NCBI GenBank assembly: GCA_012295275.1 | Contig: CM022666.1 | Location: 4,092,001-4,156,000 of the forward strand | Length of the DNA: 64,000 nucleotides | From: Chrysomallon squamiferum | Taxonomy: Eukaryota; Animalia; Mollusca | Direction: 5' to 3' | Translations under genes and position numbers: made by a program | Shown: piece by piece, positions 39,609-64,000 of the stretch | How positions within the stretch are numbered: position 1 is the first letter of the stretch | Layout of the letters: the number at the start of each line of letters is the position of its first letter | Notes under the pieces: generated by a model | Databases searched by the model: none | What the model was told of the DNA's origin: nothing | What the model saw: the letters and a program-made list of their open reading frames with translations, nothing else

Positions 39609-39973
39609 TTTTTTTTTTTTTTTTTTCAGAAATTTTATTTTATATTTTTAAAATATGAGTCTCTGTAGAAACGATACCAACGATATCTGATAAAAACGAT
39701 ACCCACGATATTATATAAAAAAACAATAGCCACTTTCAAGTTCAGACCCGTCACCCAAATGTTAAAAGAAAAAGAAAGAAAGAAAGAAAAGAAGTAAACC
39801 TGACACCCCTTGACTTTAATGGTACATTCGAGCATCAAACAATAATTTACACTGAAATTAAGAACTGTGTTTGCAAGGAAATAGAAACTTCTGCTATTTC
39901 GAAACTCTCTGCCCTTCAAAACGCGGCGAAAAGCACATTATCGACATAAAATAAAATAAAATAAATTATTAAA

Positions 39974-39994
39974 ATGGCTTCTGGACCTGTAAAG
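39974..39994 (+). CDS. Duplicate candidate annexin first coding exon (MASGPVK)
   Basis: aaaATG GCT TCT GGA CCT GTA AAG|GTAAGG; phase 0, in frame with the exon at 48050. Confidence 0.5.
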
Positions 39995-40485
39995 GTAAGG
40001 GTTTTATTATTAAATTGAGTGAAACAGTTCTATTTATAAATTTGAAAAGAAAATTATTTATTTATTCGTTCATTCATTCATTTATCTATCATCATCTTCA
40101 TCATCAACTTATTATAAAGTCACAAGATACAAATCTTTATAACAAATAAATAAATAAATAAATAAAAAAAAAATGTATAAATATAAAAAAAAATAATAAT
40201 TTGGTCTAAGTATCTCTGAAACTAAAACATCTTTTGCCGCGTAGTCATTACCCAATATTTGTTGATAACGTCACATCAGTTGTTTGATTTGGTTTTATTA
40301 GTGTTATGGTTACAAGTCGTGTATGTTTTGGTTTCCATGGTTACTGAATTGAATGTAATAATATTATTATGACGTAATTAAGTGCATTATAAATTCGAAA
40401 TATACCGATTACATAAACTAAATCAAATTTCACTTTTGATCAGCCCAATTTGCACGCTATGATCTTCGGGGGGTTTCATTACTAG

Positions 40486-40518
<33 letters not shown>

Positions 40519-40761
40519 CAGAAAAGACCTTGTGGTGTGTGTTTTCTCGTTTAGATTGAAAAGAAGATAAACAAATATTACAAATTAATGAATAGTACTA
40601 GTTAATCATGTATAAATACATTTAATTAATTAAATATTAAGGATATAAATGCTATTCTGATTTCGGGTTGGTGGTCGAAACCGTCTGACAAACGAAAAGG
40701 GCAGGCATAATTCGTTAATAATCCCATTAATTTCCACGGTCGTGTTTTGTTTAATCCGATG

Positions 40762-40807
<46 letters not shown>

Positions 40808-41067
40808 AATTCGTTAAAAAAAAAAAAATCTAAGAAAAAAAAAAAAAATTAAAAATTAAAAAAATCAAATAAGTTAACCTGACACCCCTAGACTTTAATG
40901 GTATAATCGACCGTCAACGACCCAGTTTGTCAAACCGTAATTAACATTGAAATTAACAACTGTGTAATCGGGAAATAGAAACTATTCGAAACTCTCTGCC
41001 GTTCAGAGAGCAGTGACAGCACATTCTCGACACAAAATAAAAGAAAAGAAAAGAAAAGAAAAGAAAA

Positions 41068-41088
41068 ATGCCTTCTGGACCTATAAAG
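41068..41088 (+). CDS. Duplicate candidate annexin first coding exon (MPSGPIK)
   Basis: aaaaATG CCT TCT GGA CCT ATA AAG|GTAAGG; phase 0, in frame with the exon at 48050 (PTIFPNKSFD). Confidence 0.55.
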
Positions 41089-41506
41089 GTAAGGGTTTTA
41101 TTGATAAATTGAGAGAAACAGTTAATATGTGCAACGCCTACTAAGGTCATATCTAGGGCTAGCGCTACAATATAGACAAACTAGGCAGACAGCTAGGGCG
41201 CATTTATCCAAAAGAAAAAATGAAAAATAAATATTATAAATTTCAGTTTTTATTGAGTGTCGTTTTTTTTTTTTTTTTTTTTTGTATCGTCGTTTATTTC
41301 ATACAGGGACAAATAATCGGATTGATTCAGTACGACCGAAACACACGGGCTGACCGGAACAAGCAAAAATCTGCGAGTGAAAATTGCGCGTACGCGAAAC
41401 TTTCAGGACGTAATTACGTTCGCGTGTTTTTATAGGCCACGAGTTTTTGCGTAGAATCACGCGTATACGAAACCTTCAGTTTGCCGCGGTATAAACAAGG
41501 AAAGAA

Positions 41507-41982
41507 ATGGCCTGTGTGGGATATTCAAATGTCCGTCACAGAAAAATCTTGCCTCTAGAGATCGCATTGGATGTTGAAAATATATCTTTAAAAAATATTG
41601 CTTATAAATTTTGAAATTGATATTTTCCTGGGGGCGCCGGAATCTAACCTTGCCTGGTCAGGTATCGTCCCCATTGGTCGAATTTCCAAGAGTTCAAATT
41701 CCCCATTGGTCGAAAAAACTCGTTACCGAAATACCTGATCACCTCTGTATGTAATCAACATGGCCTCTTCATGTTCATACAAGTTTTGATTATAGACGGA
41801 CATTGAGTGGTCTGTAAATGTATATGCCGTATATGTTTTGGTTTCCATGGTTGCTGAATTGAATGTAATAATACTATTATGACGTAATTAACGAAATATG
41901 ATACCGATTACATCAGTTTTAAACTAAATAAAATTTCACTTACTATCAGCTCAATTTGTGCGCGATGATGGTTAAATAAGCG

Positions 41983-42018
<36 letters not shown>

Positions 42019-42113
42019 ATTATTATCGTTTTTATTTTTATTTTTATAAATCTATTGCGCAACTTTGGCTGGAGCAGAATATTTATCCAGATAGAGATGA
42101 CTCGCTAACTGAA
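41507..42113. other. ~607-bp segment present in duplicate copy 1 and absent from copy 2
   Basis: Copy 2 reads AAGGAAAGAA|GTTTAATGG; copy 1 has AAGGAAAGAA[ATGGCC...AACTGAA]GTTTAATGG, with GAA repeated at the junctions. Confidence 0.8.
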
Positions 42114-42334
42114 GTTTAATGGTTTTATAAACTACATTACAATTGTGAACAAGAACAAAAGTTTATTACCAAGGAAAAGAACGCAGTGTTTTACTAAGCA
42201 TAGATAGATAGCAGGTTTTATCAAGGCGACAGTTTACTTAGTGGGAAGTTATCTGGTTTTGTTTCGCTTGGTTTTTGTTGACTGTTTAACCGAAGGGCCA
42301 CAAGCTAATCAGTGTCCGGAATATGTGGAATCTG

Positions 42335-42429
<95 letters not shown>

Positions 42430-43775
42430 TGCACGCACGCACCGCACGCAAACAAATATTAACCAACAAACCCCCCCAAAAAACAATCGCTAAAGTAACA
42501 ACTGACATTACTTAATTAAAAAACATTGGGAAATTAACAATAAAATGAATATGTATATATGTATGCTGTTGTTGTTGTTATGTATTCCTCCTATGACTCA
42601 TTCGATCAAGGTATTAAAAATGTGCGGAGTCAAAATGTCCGCCTCCACAACAAAATTTATGTAAAAACGTTCATATTGTTATTTATTTATTCAGTAATTT
42701 ATTGTTTATTCGAAAGAAAAAAAACAAAAACACTGTAGTCGTGTGTAATAGTGGAACAACCTTGTTCTATTTATAAATTTGAAAAGAAAATTATTTATTT
42801 ATTCATTCATTCATTCATTTATTTATCATCATCTTCACCATCAACTTATTACAAGACACAAATCTTTGTAACAAAAAAAAAAAAAAAATAAATAAAAAAA
42901 AAAAAAAAAAAAAATGTATAAATTAAAAAAAAAAATAATAATAATTTGGCCTAAGTATCTTTGAAACTAAAACATCTTTTCCCGCGTAGTCATAACCCAA
43001 GATTTGTTGATAACGTCACATCACTTGTTTGAATTGCTTTCATTCGTGTTATGTTTACAAATCACGTATGTTTTAGTTTCCTTGGTTACTGAATTGAATG
43101 TAATAATATTATGACGTAATTAACTGTATTATAAATTCGAAATACGATACCGATTACGTCAGTTTTAAACTAAATAACATTTCTGTTACGATCAGCGCAA
43201 TTTGCGCGCGATTTTCTTCGCGGGGTTTCATTATTAGCAGCAACGAGAAAAAAAAGAGAGAAAAAAAAGAAAGAGGATAAACAATCTTGTGGTGTGTGTT
43301 TTCTCGTTAACATTGAAAAGAAGATAAACAAATATTTCAAATTAATGAATAGTACTAGTTAATCATACATTTAATTTACTAAATATTAAGGGTATAAGGG
43401 CTATTCTGATTTCGGGATCGAAACCGTCTGACAAACGAAAAGAGCAGGCATAATTCGTTAATAATCCCACTAATTTCCACGGTCACGTTTTGTTTAATCC
43501 GATACATTATTATTATTATTATTATTAACAATTCGTCGAAAAAAAAATCTAAGAAAAAAAAAAAAAAAATTAAAAAAGAAAATAAGTTAACCTAACACCC
43601 CTAGACTTTAATGGTATAGTCGAGCGTCTGTGTCCCCTATTGTCAAACCGTAATTAACATTGAAATTAAGAACTGTGTGATCGGGAAATAGAAACTATTT
43701 CGAAACTCTCTGCCGTTCAGAGTTGAGTGACAGCACATTATCGACACAAAATAAAAAAAAAAAAAAGAAGAAAAA

Positions 43776-54720
<10,945 letters not shown>

Positions 54721-55664
54721 ACACACCCATGATTAAAACACCATTACTATCATGTTCTTTGTGTGTGATTAGAAAATTCTTACACTTACTATTACTTATT
54801 TTCTTAGATAAATATAAATATATATATCTAAGTCTTTTGAGGTGCATACTTACAAGTGAACTTGTGTGAGATATGATTAGTTGTACAACTAGTCTATTTC
54901 TGTGGGCTATTTCACATTCCAGATATGTCTCCAAAATGTTTTTGTTGAACTGAAATAGTTTTATCTTTCCTGTTAATGGTAGGTCTGTCTATACAAAAGA
55001 TCTTGAGCTGTTACAGGAAAAAAGAGTAACCTATGCAGTTACTTTTATATTATGCCAAAAATATTTGTGTGATAATTAACAATCAGCTAAAAATTTGTTT
55101 TTTTCAAAAGGTTGTTTGATCATTATTAATTAATTTTTAATGTACATTAATAATTCTGTTTGGTATGAATATTATTACAATTCATTGCTTCTGGTTTGCC
55201 AGTTTTGGCACAAAAAGGTATTAAAAATGTTTTTTTCAGTCATGACAACATTCATTAAAATTAATATTTTTTAAAAATTATTCTGTAATCTTGTGTTTAT
55301 TTCTCAGTGATGTAAGCATGTTACCTGTCTGTATTTGCCAATTTTATTTTAAAATGATAAATATCTTGTATTCTCTCAAATTCTTCATGGTTTTCTTAAT
55401 AATTGTGTAAGTTAAATTTTATTTATAAATATAGTACAATGAAAAAAAAGAGGAATAAAATGGTAAGTAAATAAATTTTTAAAATTAAAATAATTATTAA
55501 TTACTAGTAAAGATTCAGATGTTTGTTTAATATTGATAACTATGATCATGAAATATTATGTCTATGTAAAAGTTAAAATAAATCGTAAAATAATAATTAT
55601 GCTAAATTAAATAAAAATGTAGTCTGCTTAAAATGAAAGGTAAAGTTTGTCATATATCATTAAA

Positions 55665-55701
<37 letters not shown>

Positions 55702-56591
55702 TCACAGGCTTAATAATAAATTTCATAATAAAAACGATATATACATATTGTCATAAAGTCTATGAAATACTGCCATGGTTTAATTAACATTCCCTTCGCA
55801 TTATATAATTTTGTTTGGTTTTTGTTTCTTCTCTAACTTAATATTTTAAAAAAGAAATGTTTTGCTTTTAAAATACAGAACATAAAACATTACGTAACCT
55901 ATCCAACAAAATGTTTTTACCTGCACTTGATTTAAAAGGGAACTGTCGTATATCTCATTTAAATAATGAAATAAAGTCAAAGCATTTCTATTCACAATCT
56001 GCAGGAATTTGGGGATGATATCAAGAAACCATATTGCCTTCAGTTTGTTTGGGTAAATCCATTATAAATAAATTAATATTTATTACTGACATAATTAAAA
56101 TAATCAGATTTCTAATTAAAATAAATTATTTCGACTCCAAACACTGTAATGTCAGGGTAATTTTAATGTAATCTCTGTTTTGATTTTGCAGTTTTAGATT
56201 GTTACTGTAGAAATGTTTACTGTACAAGAGATATTTACTTCGTATGTATTTGAAAAAAAGTGTTGATAATTATAATAATGACAGTGACGAAGATGATTAT
56301 TAATACAACTGTGAATAATTTCCGGAACATTTTCATTTACACATAAATATTTGGATGCCTTGACAATCAATTAAAAAAAAAAAAATTTAGCATTTTGTAT
56401 GGTTTGTGGTTGTGTTTCACCTCTAATTATCATAACATGTTGTGAAATGGTTTTTAAGTTCAGATAATAAATTTATTTTTCTCTTATATTTTTTGTTATA
56501 TATTAACATTCCATAGTCCAAATCAGACTTAACTAAAGCTATGTGTGGATGTGTGTGTATATATGTATATATGTATATATATATATGTGTT

Positions 56592-56638
<47 letters not shown>

Positions 56639-56877
56639 GTCCTTCATTTTTGATACAGTCCAGGTTTTTCTGGTATTCTTTGGAATATAAATGGATGTTT
56701 AAATATCTATATTTTATGTGGAATTTCAAAGAAGTGTCCAGATCACCAAAATGGACACTTTGTGGTTTCCTGTTTAGTAAAAACATATTACATAATACAA
56801 TACATTATTATCTTTAAAAGCTGTACAAGTATCATTTTCATTTGACTTTTGAAATCTGACAAAATAACAACAGCAAC

Positions 56878-56929
<52 letters not shown>

Positions 56930-57907
56930 TTAAAACATTCATCAAAAAAAAACTTTATCGAAAGATCCAGAATTATTACTCTCCACTGAGTAAACCTTTT
57001 ACACTTTCTTCTAGTCGGAGAATTAGATTGAAGAGGCCCGTTTAAAAAAAAAATCAGTCTTGATTGACACAAATGAATAACATTTCGTTGTACGACTTGG
57101 GCTAAGAAATGAAACATCAAATTGGTTGTCATGGCAAGGTTTGTTTCATCACCTTTATTACGTCATACAAAAGGTTTGCGTCACAGAGCGATATTTACGT
57201 ATTCGAACTTCAAGCTGGCGAGGTCAGTTTCATTTTTATTTATTTATTTATTTATTTGGAAAGTATAGCGTATGTCTTCAAAGAAAGTTATTACTGTATA
57301 AGATGATGGATTTCTCTCCACATTCTCCTCCACAATGAAAACCAGTCTACTGGGTCCGTGCCTATGAATGCAGGCGGGATAAAGTAACTGTGCTACTGGA
57401 AGACAGCAGCTCTATTCTCTGACCCGAAAATAGCTGAAAGGTGTCGATAATGACGTAATAACCACGTCACCTAGAAATATATCATTTTACAGCTATTTTA
57501 AAATCAGTAACATTCGTAAATCTAGGCTGCTAATTTTTTACACGATCGTAAGTTCATATGATTTCAGCCGATGTAAAGTTTCGTGTCTAAAATAATTCGG
57601 TGTATCGGTGATTAGAATCATGGCACGGACCTAATGTGCCCCGCCCTAGCAACGCCCCCAATATACGTAAAATATAATATTAAGCATGTATATTGACAAA
57701 TCCATTTCAGTTTGGTAGAAATCAATAATATTGGCCACGTAGAAAAACTTTAAGAAAAACTAACGAGTTTGTCGACACATTTTATTTATTATACGACAAC
57801 AGAGTTTTCATATTGACATACAGACATAATAATAATAATGATGATGATAATATTAATTTTTTTTTTCATTCTCATTATTGGTGAAATGTTTCTCAGCATT
57901 TAACCAT

Positions 57908-58001
57908 GATGTCCGTGTCCGTGACCGTGACCTTGACCGTGTCCGTGTCTGTGTCCGTGACCGTGACCGTGACCGTGTCCGTGTCTGTGTCCGTGTCCGT
58001 G
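57908..58001. repeat. (GTCCGT/GACCGT)n hexamer microsatellite
   Basis: Directly visible. Confidence 0.9.
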
Positions 58002-58267
58002 ATGGCCTAGGATTTGTGGAAGACTCGTTAACAGAACTAAAGCTAAATGTAAAAAAAAATATAAAAAAACAACAAACAAATAATAATAATAATAAGAAGA
58101 AAATAATAATAAATAAATAAATAGAAATAATTAATAATAACAATAATATAATAAATAAATGCATTTTAAATGTTAATAATGTATATATATGGAGTATGTG
58201 TGTGTGTGTGTGTTTTTCTGTTTATGTATATGTATTTATTCTTTTCTTGCATGTCCGCGTTTTGTTA

Positions 58268-58310
<43 letters not shown>

Positions 58311-58796
58311 CATCTATCGTCTGTGTTTGTCTATGTAGTGCCGGAGTTATGTTTAACTCTGTCATCTGTAGCTCATCATTAATAAAACGAAAATATATAA
58401 AGATAGATAGACAGACAGATAGATAGATAGATAGATAGATAGAGATATATAAACGTTGAATCAAATATTAACAACTCACCAACAATAACGAAACTGAATG
58501 CAGCAAAGTACTTCATACTGACCTACGTAATACAGAGTCTTATTGATTCTCGAAAAGATAGATACATTTGACCTCTTTCAAGATGTCTTATATATCTACC
58601 TGTAAGATGTTTAGCTCATAATGAAAATTGTTTTACGCTGTAGGTAAGTGATATACTTTTTAAAATATATAATGATACATCATAAGCTGGTAATCCGCTT
58701 ATGAAATAATCGCTTAATCATGACGTGCAGTTATTAAAAGAAGCTGTGATTGGTGGCATTTTCTCTGTGTGATATTGATAATTGTGAAATTATTAT

Positions 58797-58865
<69 letters not shown>

Positions 58866-60354
58866 ACAGTCTGGTTAGTAAACAGAGATAGATACATAAA
58901 GAAACTGGCAGATAAATAAAAACATGTCTTTGCGTAGGTTTGTGTATATGTTATATATACAGAAAAATACAGAAAGATACAGAAAGTTAACAGTCTTTTA
59001 AAGATGTATGTATATCTGTATCAATCTGTTACTTCTCTATCAGACAGACAAACAGGAAGACAAAAAGACGTACAGACCGATATCTAGGTTGAAATAATAA
59101 ACAGACAGCTGGATAAGCAGATTTATACTGATAAATATACTGACACACGTACACACGGGCAGACAAACACTCAGATAATATACGTACAAACATACATATA
59201 GTGACGATTGAAAAAGAAGAAAAACAAAATTAGGTTTGAAACGTAACATCTAACATATTCAGACAGATGATATTCCTTCAATACTGTTCGTCAGAATATT
59301 GTATTCCCTGGCCTCTTCTGCTTACTTCGAGAATAGAACATTAACTTAATTTACTTATCCTGAAGCCCACCAACTGACATGCTATCAACGATTTACTATG
59401 AGAGAAAAATTTAATACTATTTACTAACGACTTAAGAATACGAAAAGAAAATTCTCAATGCAGTACTTGGTAAATTATACTGAACAGTTAAGCAATACTA
59501 CAAACAAAAGCATAAGCGATGTATGTAATGTAAAATAAATGTATCATAATTTAATAGATACGTCAACAAAATATATCACAGTAAAAGATAATTCACTATA
59601 AAATTACGGTATAAAATAGCATTCAGTAATTTAATAGGCAACGTCGATACGAAATAACAACATATTTAAATAATTATGTAATTTCAATATAATACAACAC
59701 AGAGAACGATACAGTCTGTGCAATGAAAACAGTCTGTACGTAGCTACAGTACAATACAACATCTTTTAATACGTAATTCCATTAATTACAGTTTGAAATT
59801 ATTTAATGCTTCTTTTCGATACAATACAGTGCGTTACGTAATTTCATTATTATACAGTACAACCTAGATTATGATAAACCTATACAATATAATACAATGT
59901 AACTGAGTGTATTACGTACCTTAAACACAATACAGTATAAAATAGTTTAATACGGAGCTTCAATATGTAAAATATACAAATTAATTTAATAATAAACTTC
60001 AAAATAATACAAAACAGCTGAGTACAAGGCCATTTGCATAGTACAATATGATATAAACGTAATTTAATACGTAACTATACTATTTTACAATATAATTTAC
60101 TTTAATACTGCAAAATAGTTTAATATGTAACTTCGTTATAAAACATTACAACACAGACTACGGTAGATCTATGTAGTAATGTGATATAATACGTATCTTC
60201 AGTAAATATAGTATAACATTATTTTAAGTTTAACTTCAAGACAATATTGATTAACAGAATTCAATGCTTAACTTCAATACAATACAGTACAGACAAACAT
60301 AATGTAATACGTAACTACAGTACATCATAATTCAATACGTCACTATTATTTTTC

Positions 60355-60397
60355 GTACAAATGACGTCACGAGACAGTACAAATGACGTCACGAGAC
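60355..60397. promoter_or_regulatory. Tandem 22-bp duplication carrying two perfect CRE sites
   Basis: GTACAAATGACGTCACGAGAC twice; TGACGTCA at 60362-60369 and 60384-60391, ~870 bp upstream of the ATG at 61258. Confidence 0.45.
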
Positions 60398-60880
60398 TAC
60401 AACATTGTTATTTTACTACGGTGCCATATTACTGATTAAATTTAGTAGTAGCAAATAAAACATTCACATACGACATATATAAAATACATTTAGAGTTTTC
60501 TTTCGTACCAGCACAGGTACGGTTTAAGGAAAGCAATAAAAATAAAAGGAACGAACAGTAGGTATAATTGTATTTAGTTTTAGTCAATAATAAGAAATAC
60601 TAAACCTCCCATAGCGAAACAGCAAATTCCCAAGTCGTAACTGGTCTGTGTATGCGTTTTAAATTCTATATTGTTTGTGGCAGCTCCACAGTTTAAGAAC
60701 CTATGCACTAGTATTTTGGTTTCTTGTATATTATTACCATTTTCTGTTAATAAGTATAATAACGTTTGTGTGTCTATGTGAATAAAATTGGATATCCATT
60801 ATGTATGTATCTATGTAAGTATATGCACATATACAGAGAGAAAGACAGCTAAAGTGATATATATGTACATATATATGTAC

Positions 60881-60994
<114 letters not shown>

Positions 60995-61257
60995 ATATAA
61001 ATTCCAAACCATAATCACGAGATAATTATCGAAAATATAAAACAAACAAACAAACAAACAAATAAATAAAAAAACAAACAAACAAACACACAAATAAATA
61101 AATAAATAAATATCTTCATTATTTAATCCATCAAGTAACATCTCCATCTGAATATTTTTACGTGGCTCGAAAGCTCTTTTAAGATGGAAATTTGCCAGCC
61201 AATTCTCTTGAGAAAATTCAATTTCTCTTACGTTACTCACATCACTTCGTCGGAGAA

Positions 61258-61427
61258 ATGTCGGAGAGCAAAGAACCTCTGCCAGTCATTGTTCAAGGTA
61301 AAATTTATCTTTTTGAAACTTATTCTTCCATTCGTCGACACTGTCGTCATTTTCAACGTAGCTTTTGTAGAACAGAATTTAATTATAAGTACAATGAAGT
61401 GAATTTAAGCAAAAAATAGTCTAAAGT

Positions 61428-61465
<38 letters not shown>

Positions 61466-63766
61466 TTGCAGATAATACTTATTAGTTATTTAAATACTTT
61501 GCTAATAATAAAGTATCATAAAGTCATTATTTTTATATTATTTTGGTGAATTTACGATTTTCAAAAAAATATTTTATGAAATATAATAAACCAATTAATT
61601 TTAAAAATTAAGAAAAATGGAAATCAGGAAATCAAACATGTAATTTTATATTATTTTTTTCTTTTATTATTTTTTATTTTTATGATTTACTCATTCTGTC
61701 GTCTTCTGTGACTCGAAACAACAATGAAACACGCCATATTTGTCAGCTATCACTTCGTATTTTGTTTGTTATTGTTTCTTTTTATTTCCATTTTACTTTC
61801 TTTTATAGATGTTAATGTCTGCGTGTATATGTATGCGTACTGTGTGTATATATACAGGTATTTGGAGAGACACTGAACAGAAGAAAAAAAGAAGAAAAAA
61901 AAGTGAGAAATGAATTTCCTAATTATTTATTATCTCTCAAAGCAACAGATTATTTTTATTTAGAACTCATTTTTATTTATCTTCAGTCGTTCCCGAGGCT
62001 GTCTATACGAAACCGTGGCGGTCTTTGCGCAACGTAGCTTTGTTTCACATTGCACCCTGCGGGGTAGCCATCTTGATGGGCGTGATCACGATCTATCAGG
62101 CCGGTCCCAGCGGCCCCGTCATCAACTTCAACACGGCGTCACCCATATCTCTGGGATCCCTGGTGAGTTTATGTGAAAAATCACAACAGTCGTTTATTTT
62201 TTGTAAGTTCTAACACGATATCTGTTACTTCTCACATCACCATTACTTCTGTTATTCATACTTTTACTATTACTTCTGTTAGTAATACTTTTACTATTAC
62301 TTCTGTTATTAATACTTTTACTATTACTTCAGTTAGTAATACTTTTACTATTGCTTTTGTTAGTAATACTTTTACTATTACTTCTGTTAGTAATACTTTT
62401 ACTATTACTTCTGTTAGTAATACTTTTACTATTACTTCTGTTATTAATACTTTTACTATTGCTTCAGTTAGTAATACTTTTACTATTGCTTTTGTTAGTA
62501 ATACTTTTGCTATTACTTCTGTTAGTAATACTTTTGCTATTACTTCTGTTATTAATACTTTTGCTATTACTTCTGTTAGTAATACTTTTACTATTACTTC
62601 TGTTATTAATACTTTTACTATTACTTCTGTTACTAATGCTTCTACTATTACTTCTGTTACTAATACTTTTACTGTTACTTCAGTTAGTAATACTTTTACT
62701 ATTACTTCTGTTAGTAATACTTTACTGTTACTTCTTTTAGTAATACTTTCACTATTACTTCTGTTAGTAATACTTTTACTATTACTTCTGTTAGTAATAC
62801 TTTTGCTATTACTTCTGTTAGTAATACTTTTACTATTACTTCTGTTATTAATACTTTTGCTATTACTTCTGTTAGTAATACTTTTACTATTACTTCTGTT
62901 ACTAATACTTTTACTGTTACTTCTGTTAGTAATACTTTTACTGTTACTTCTTTTAGTAATACTTTTACTATTACTTCTGTTACTAATACTTTTACTGTTA
63001 CTTCAGTTAGTAATACTTTTACTATTACTTCTGTTACTAATACTTTTACTGTTACTTCTGTTAGTAATACTTTTACTATTACTTCTGTTACTAATACTTT
63101 TACTATTACTTCAATTAGTAATACTTTTACTATTACTTTTGTTAGTAATATATTTACTATTACTTCTGTTTTTTTATACTTTTACTATTACTACTTCTAC
63201 TATCACTTCAGTTAATGAGTTCTATGCTACTGCAAGTACTTCAGCTGTTAGCACCATCAAACAAACCACAACTACCACCATTACTACTACTACTACTACT
63301 AACTACCATCGCTATATCCATTACCACCACTATCACAACCATCACCACCACATCCACCACGACTACAACTACAACCACCATCATACAGACCATCACCATT
63401 ATCATTAACACTACATCTACTACCGCCACCACCACCACTACTACTGCTACTACTACTACTACAGTAACTACTGGATCAGATTTAGTGTCGTTGTTGTGAT
63501 AATATACTCCACTTTTAGTTATCAGAGCTTTTTTTTTTTTTAAAGATGATAACCCTTTGTCACTACTCTATATTCATCCAAGGCAATGCGGCCTTTTAAC
63601 TTCATTCGACTTGTTTTTTTTTCATTCATTCATTCATTCATTCATTCATTCTTTCTTTCATTCATTAATGCATTCATTCCAGGGTCTATTTTCTGCAACC
63701 CTGGCGTTTATAGAAACGGTTTATCAACTGCGAAGATACGGGGGCCCTGACAAGGCAACACCTGTT
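61258..63766 (+). CDS. Small multi-pass membrane protein, MS4A/CD20-like; first three exons, 3'-truncated by the window
   Basis: Exons 61258-61297 ([13 protein letters not shown], phase 1), 61987-62162 ([59 protein letters not shown]), 63683-63766 ([28 protein letters not shown]). Phases agree and splice sites are canonical. Two hydrophobic helices; [13 protein letters not shown] resembles MS4A TM2 (GYPxWGGxxFIISG). The family call is tentative. Confidence 0.65.
62240..63200. repeat. 27-bp intronic minisatellite (~35 copies)
   Basis: AATACTTTTACTATTACTTCTGTTAGT and variants; source of the 411-aa NTFTITSVS / poly-Leu ORF. Confidence 0.93.
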
Positions 63767-63838
63767 GTAAGTATTTGTATTAATATAATTACAATAACTG
63801 GTAGATTAAAAGTTATTTAGAACTAATATGTCGTACGC

Positions 63839-64000
<162 letters not shown>

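Noticed and set aside
57853-58164. Minus-strand ORF with RS/RT dipeptides (SR-protein-like)
   Set aside because: Product of the GTCCGT/GACCGT microsatellite; no RRM or supporting exons.
62173-63408. 411-aa ORF with (NTFTITSVS)n, superficially like a TxT ice-binding or mucin repeat
   Set aside because: Translation of an intronic 27-bp minisatellite; non-ATG start, drifts into a poly-Leu frame mid-array, and lies inside an intron of the MS4A-like gene.

Overview
Very AT-rich, microsatellite-dense animal genomic DNA, probably mollusc/lophotrochozoan (inferred). Almost all ORFs in the supplied track are microsatellite artefacts; the real genes are spliced and were rebuilt by hand from splice sites and reading-frame continuity. 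There are four + strand genes. (1) The last 37 exons (557-28659, ~1585 aa) of a divergent IP3-receptor/RyR-superfamily Ca2+-release channel: its GGG(V/I)GD selectivity filter is replaced in place by GIYSSF, its Ca2+-sensor residues are altered, it has one GC-AG intron and it ends in a KKxx motif. (2) Golgin-45/BLZF1 (32961-37058), with an apparent +1 frameshift in the first coding exon that a 46-nt candidate exon could bypass. (3) A four-repeat annexin (core exons 48050-54720) whose 7-codon first exon appears in three copies (39974, 41068, 43776) within a local tandem duplication. (4) The first three exons of an MS4A/CD20-like membrane protein (61258-63766, truncated by the window edge). Introns carry hAT- and Tc1/mariner(Tigger)-type MITEs, degenerate tRNA-SINE remnants and several minisatellites. 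All family comparisons are from recalled reference motifs, not from searches.
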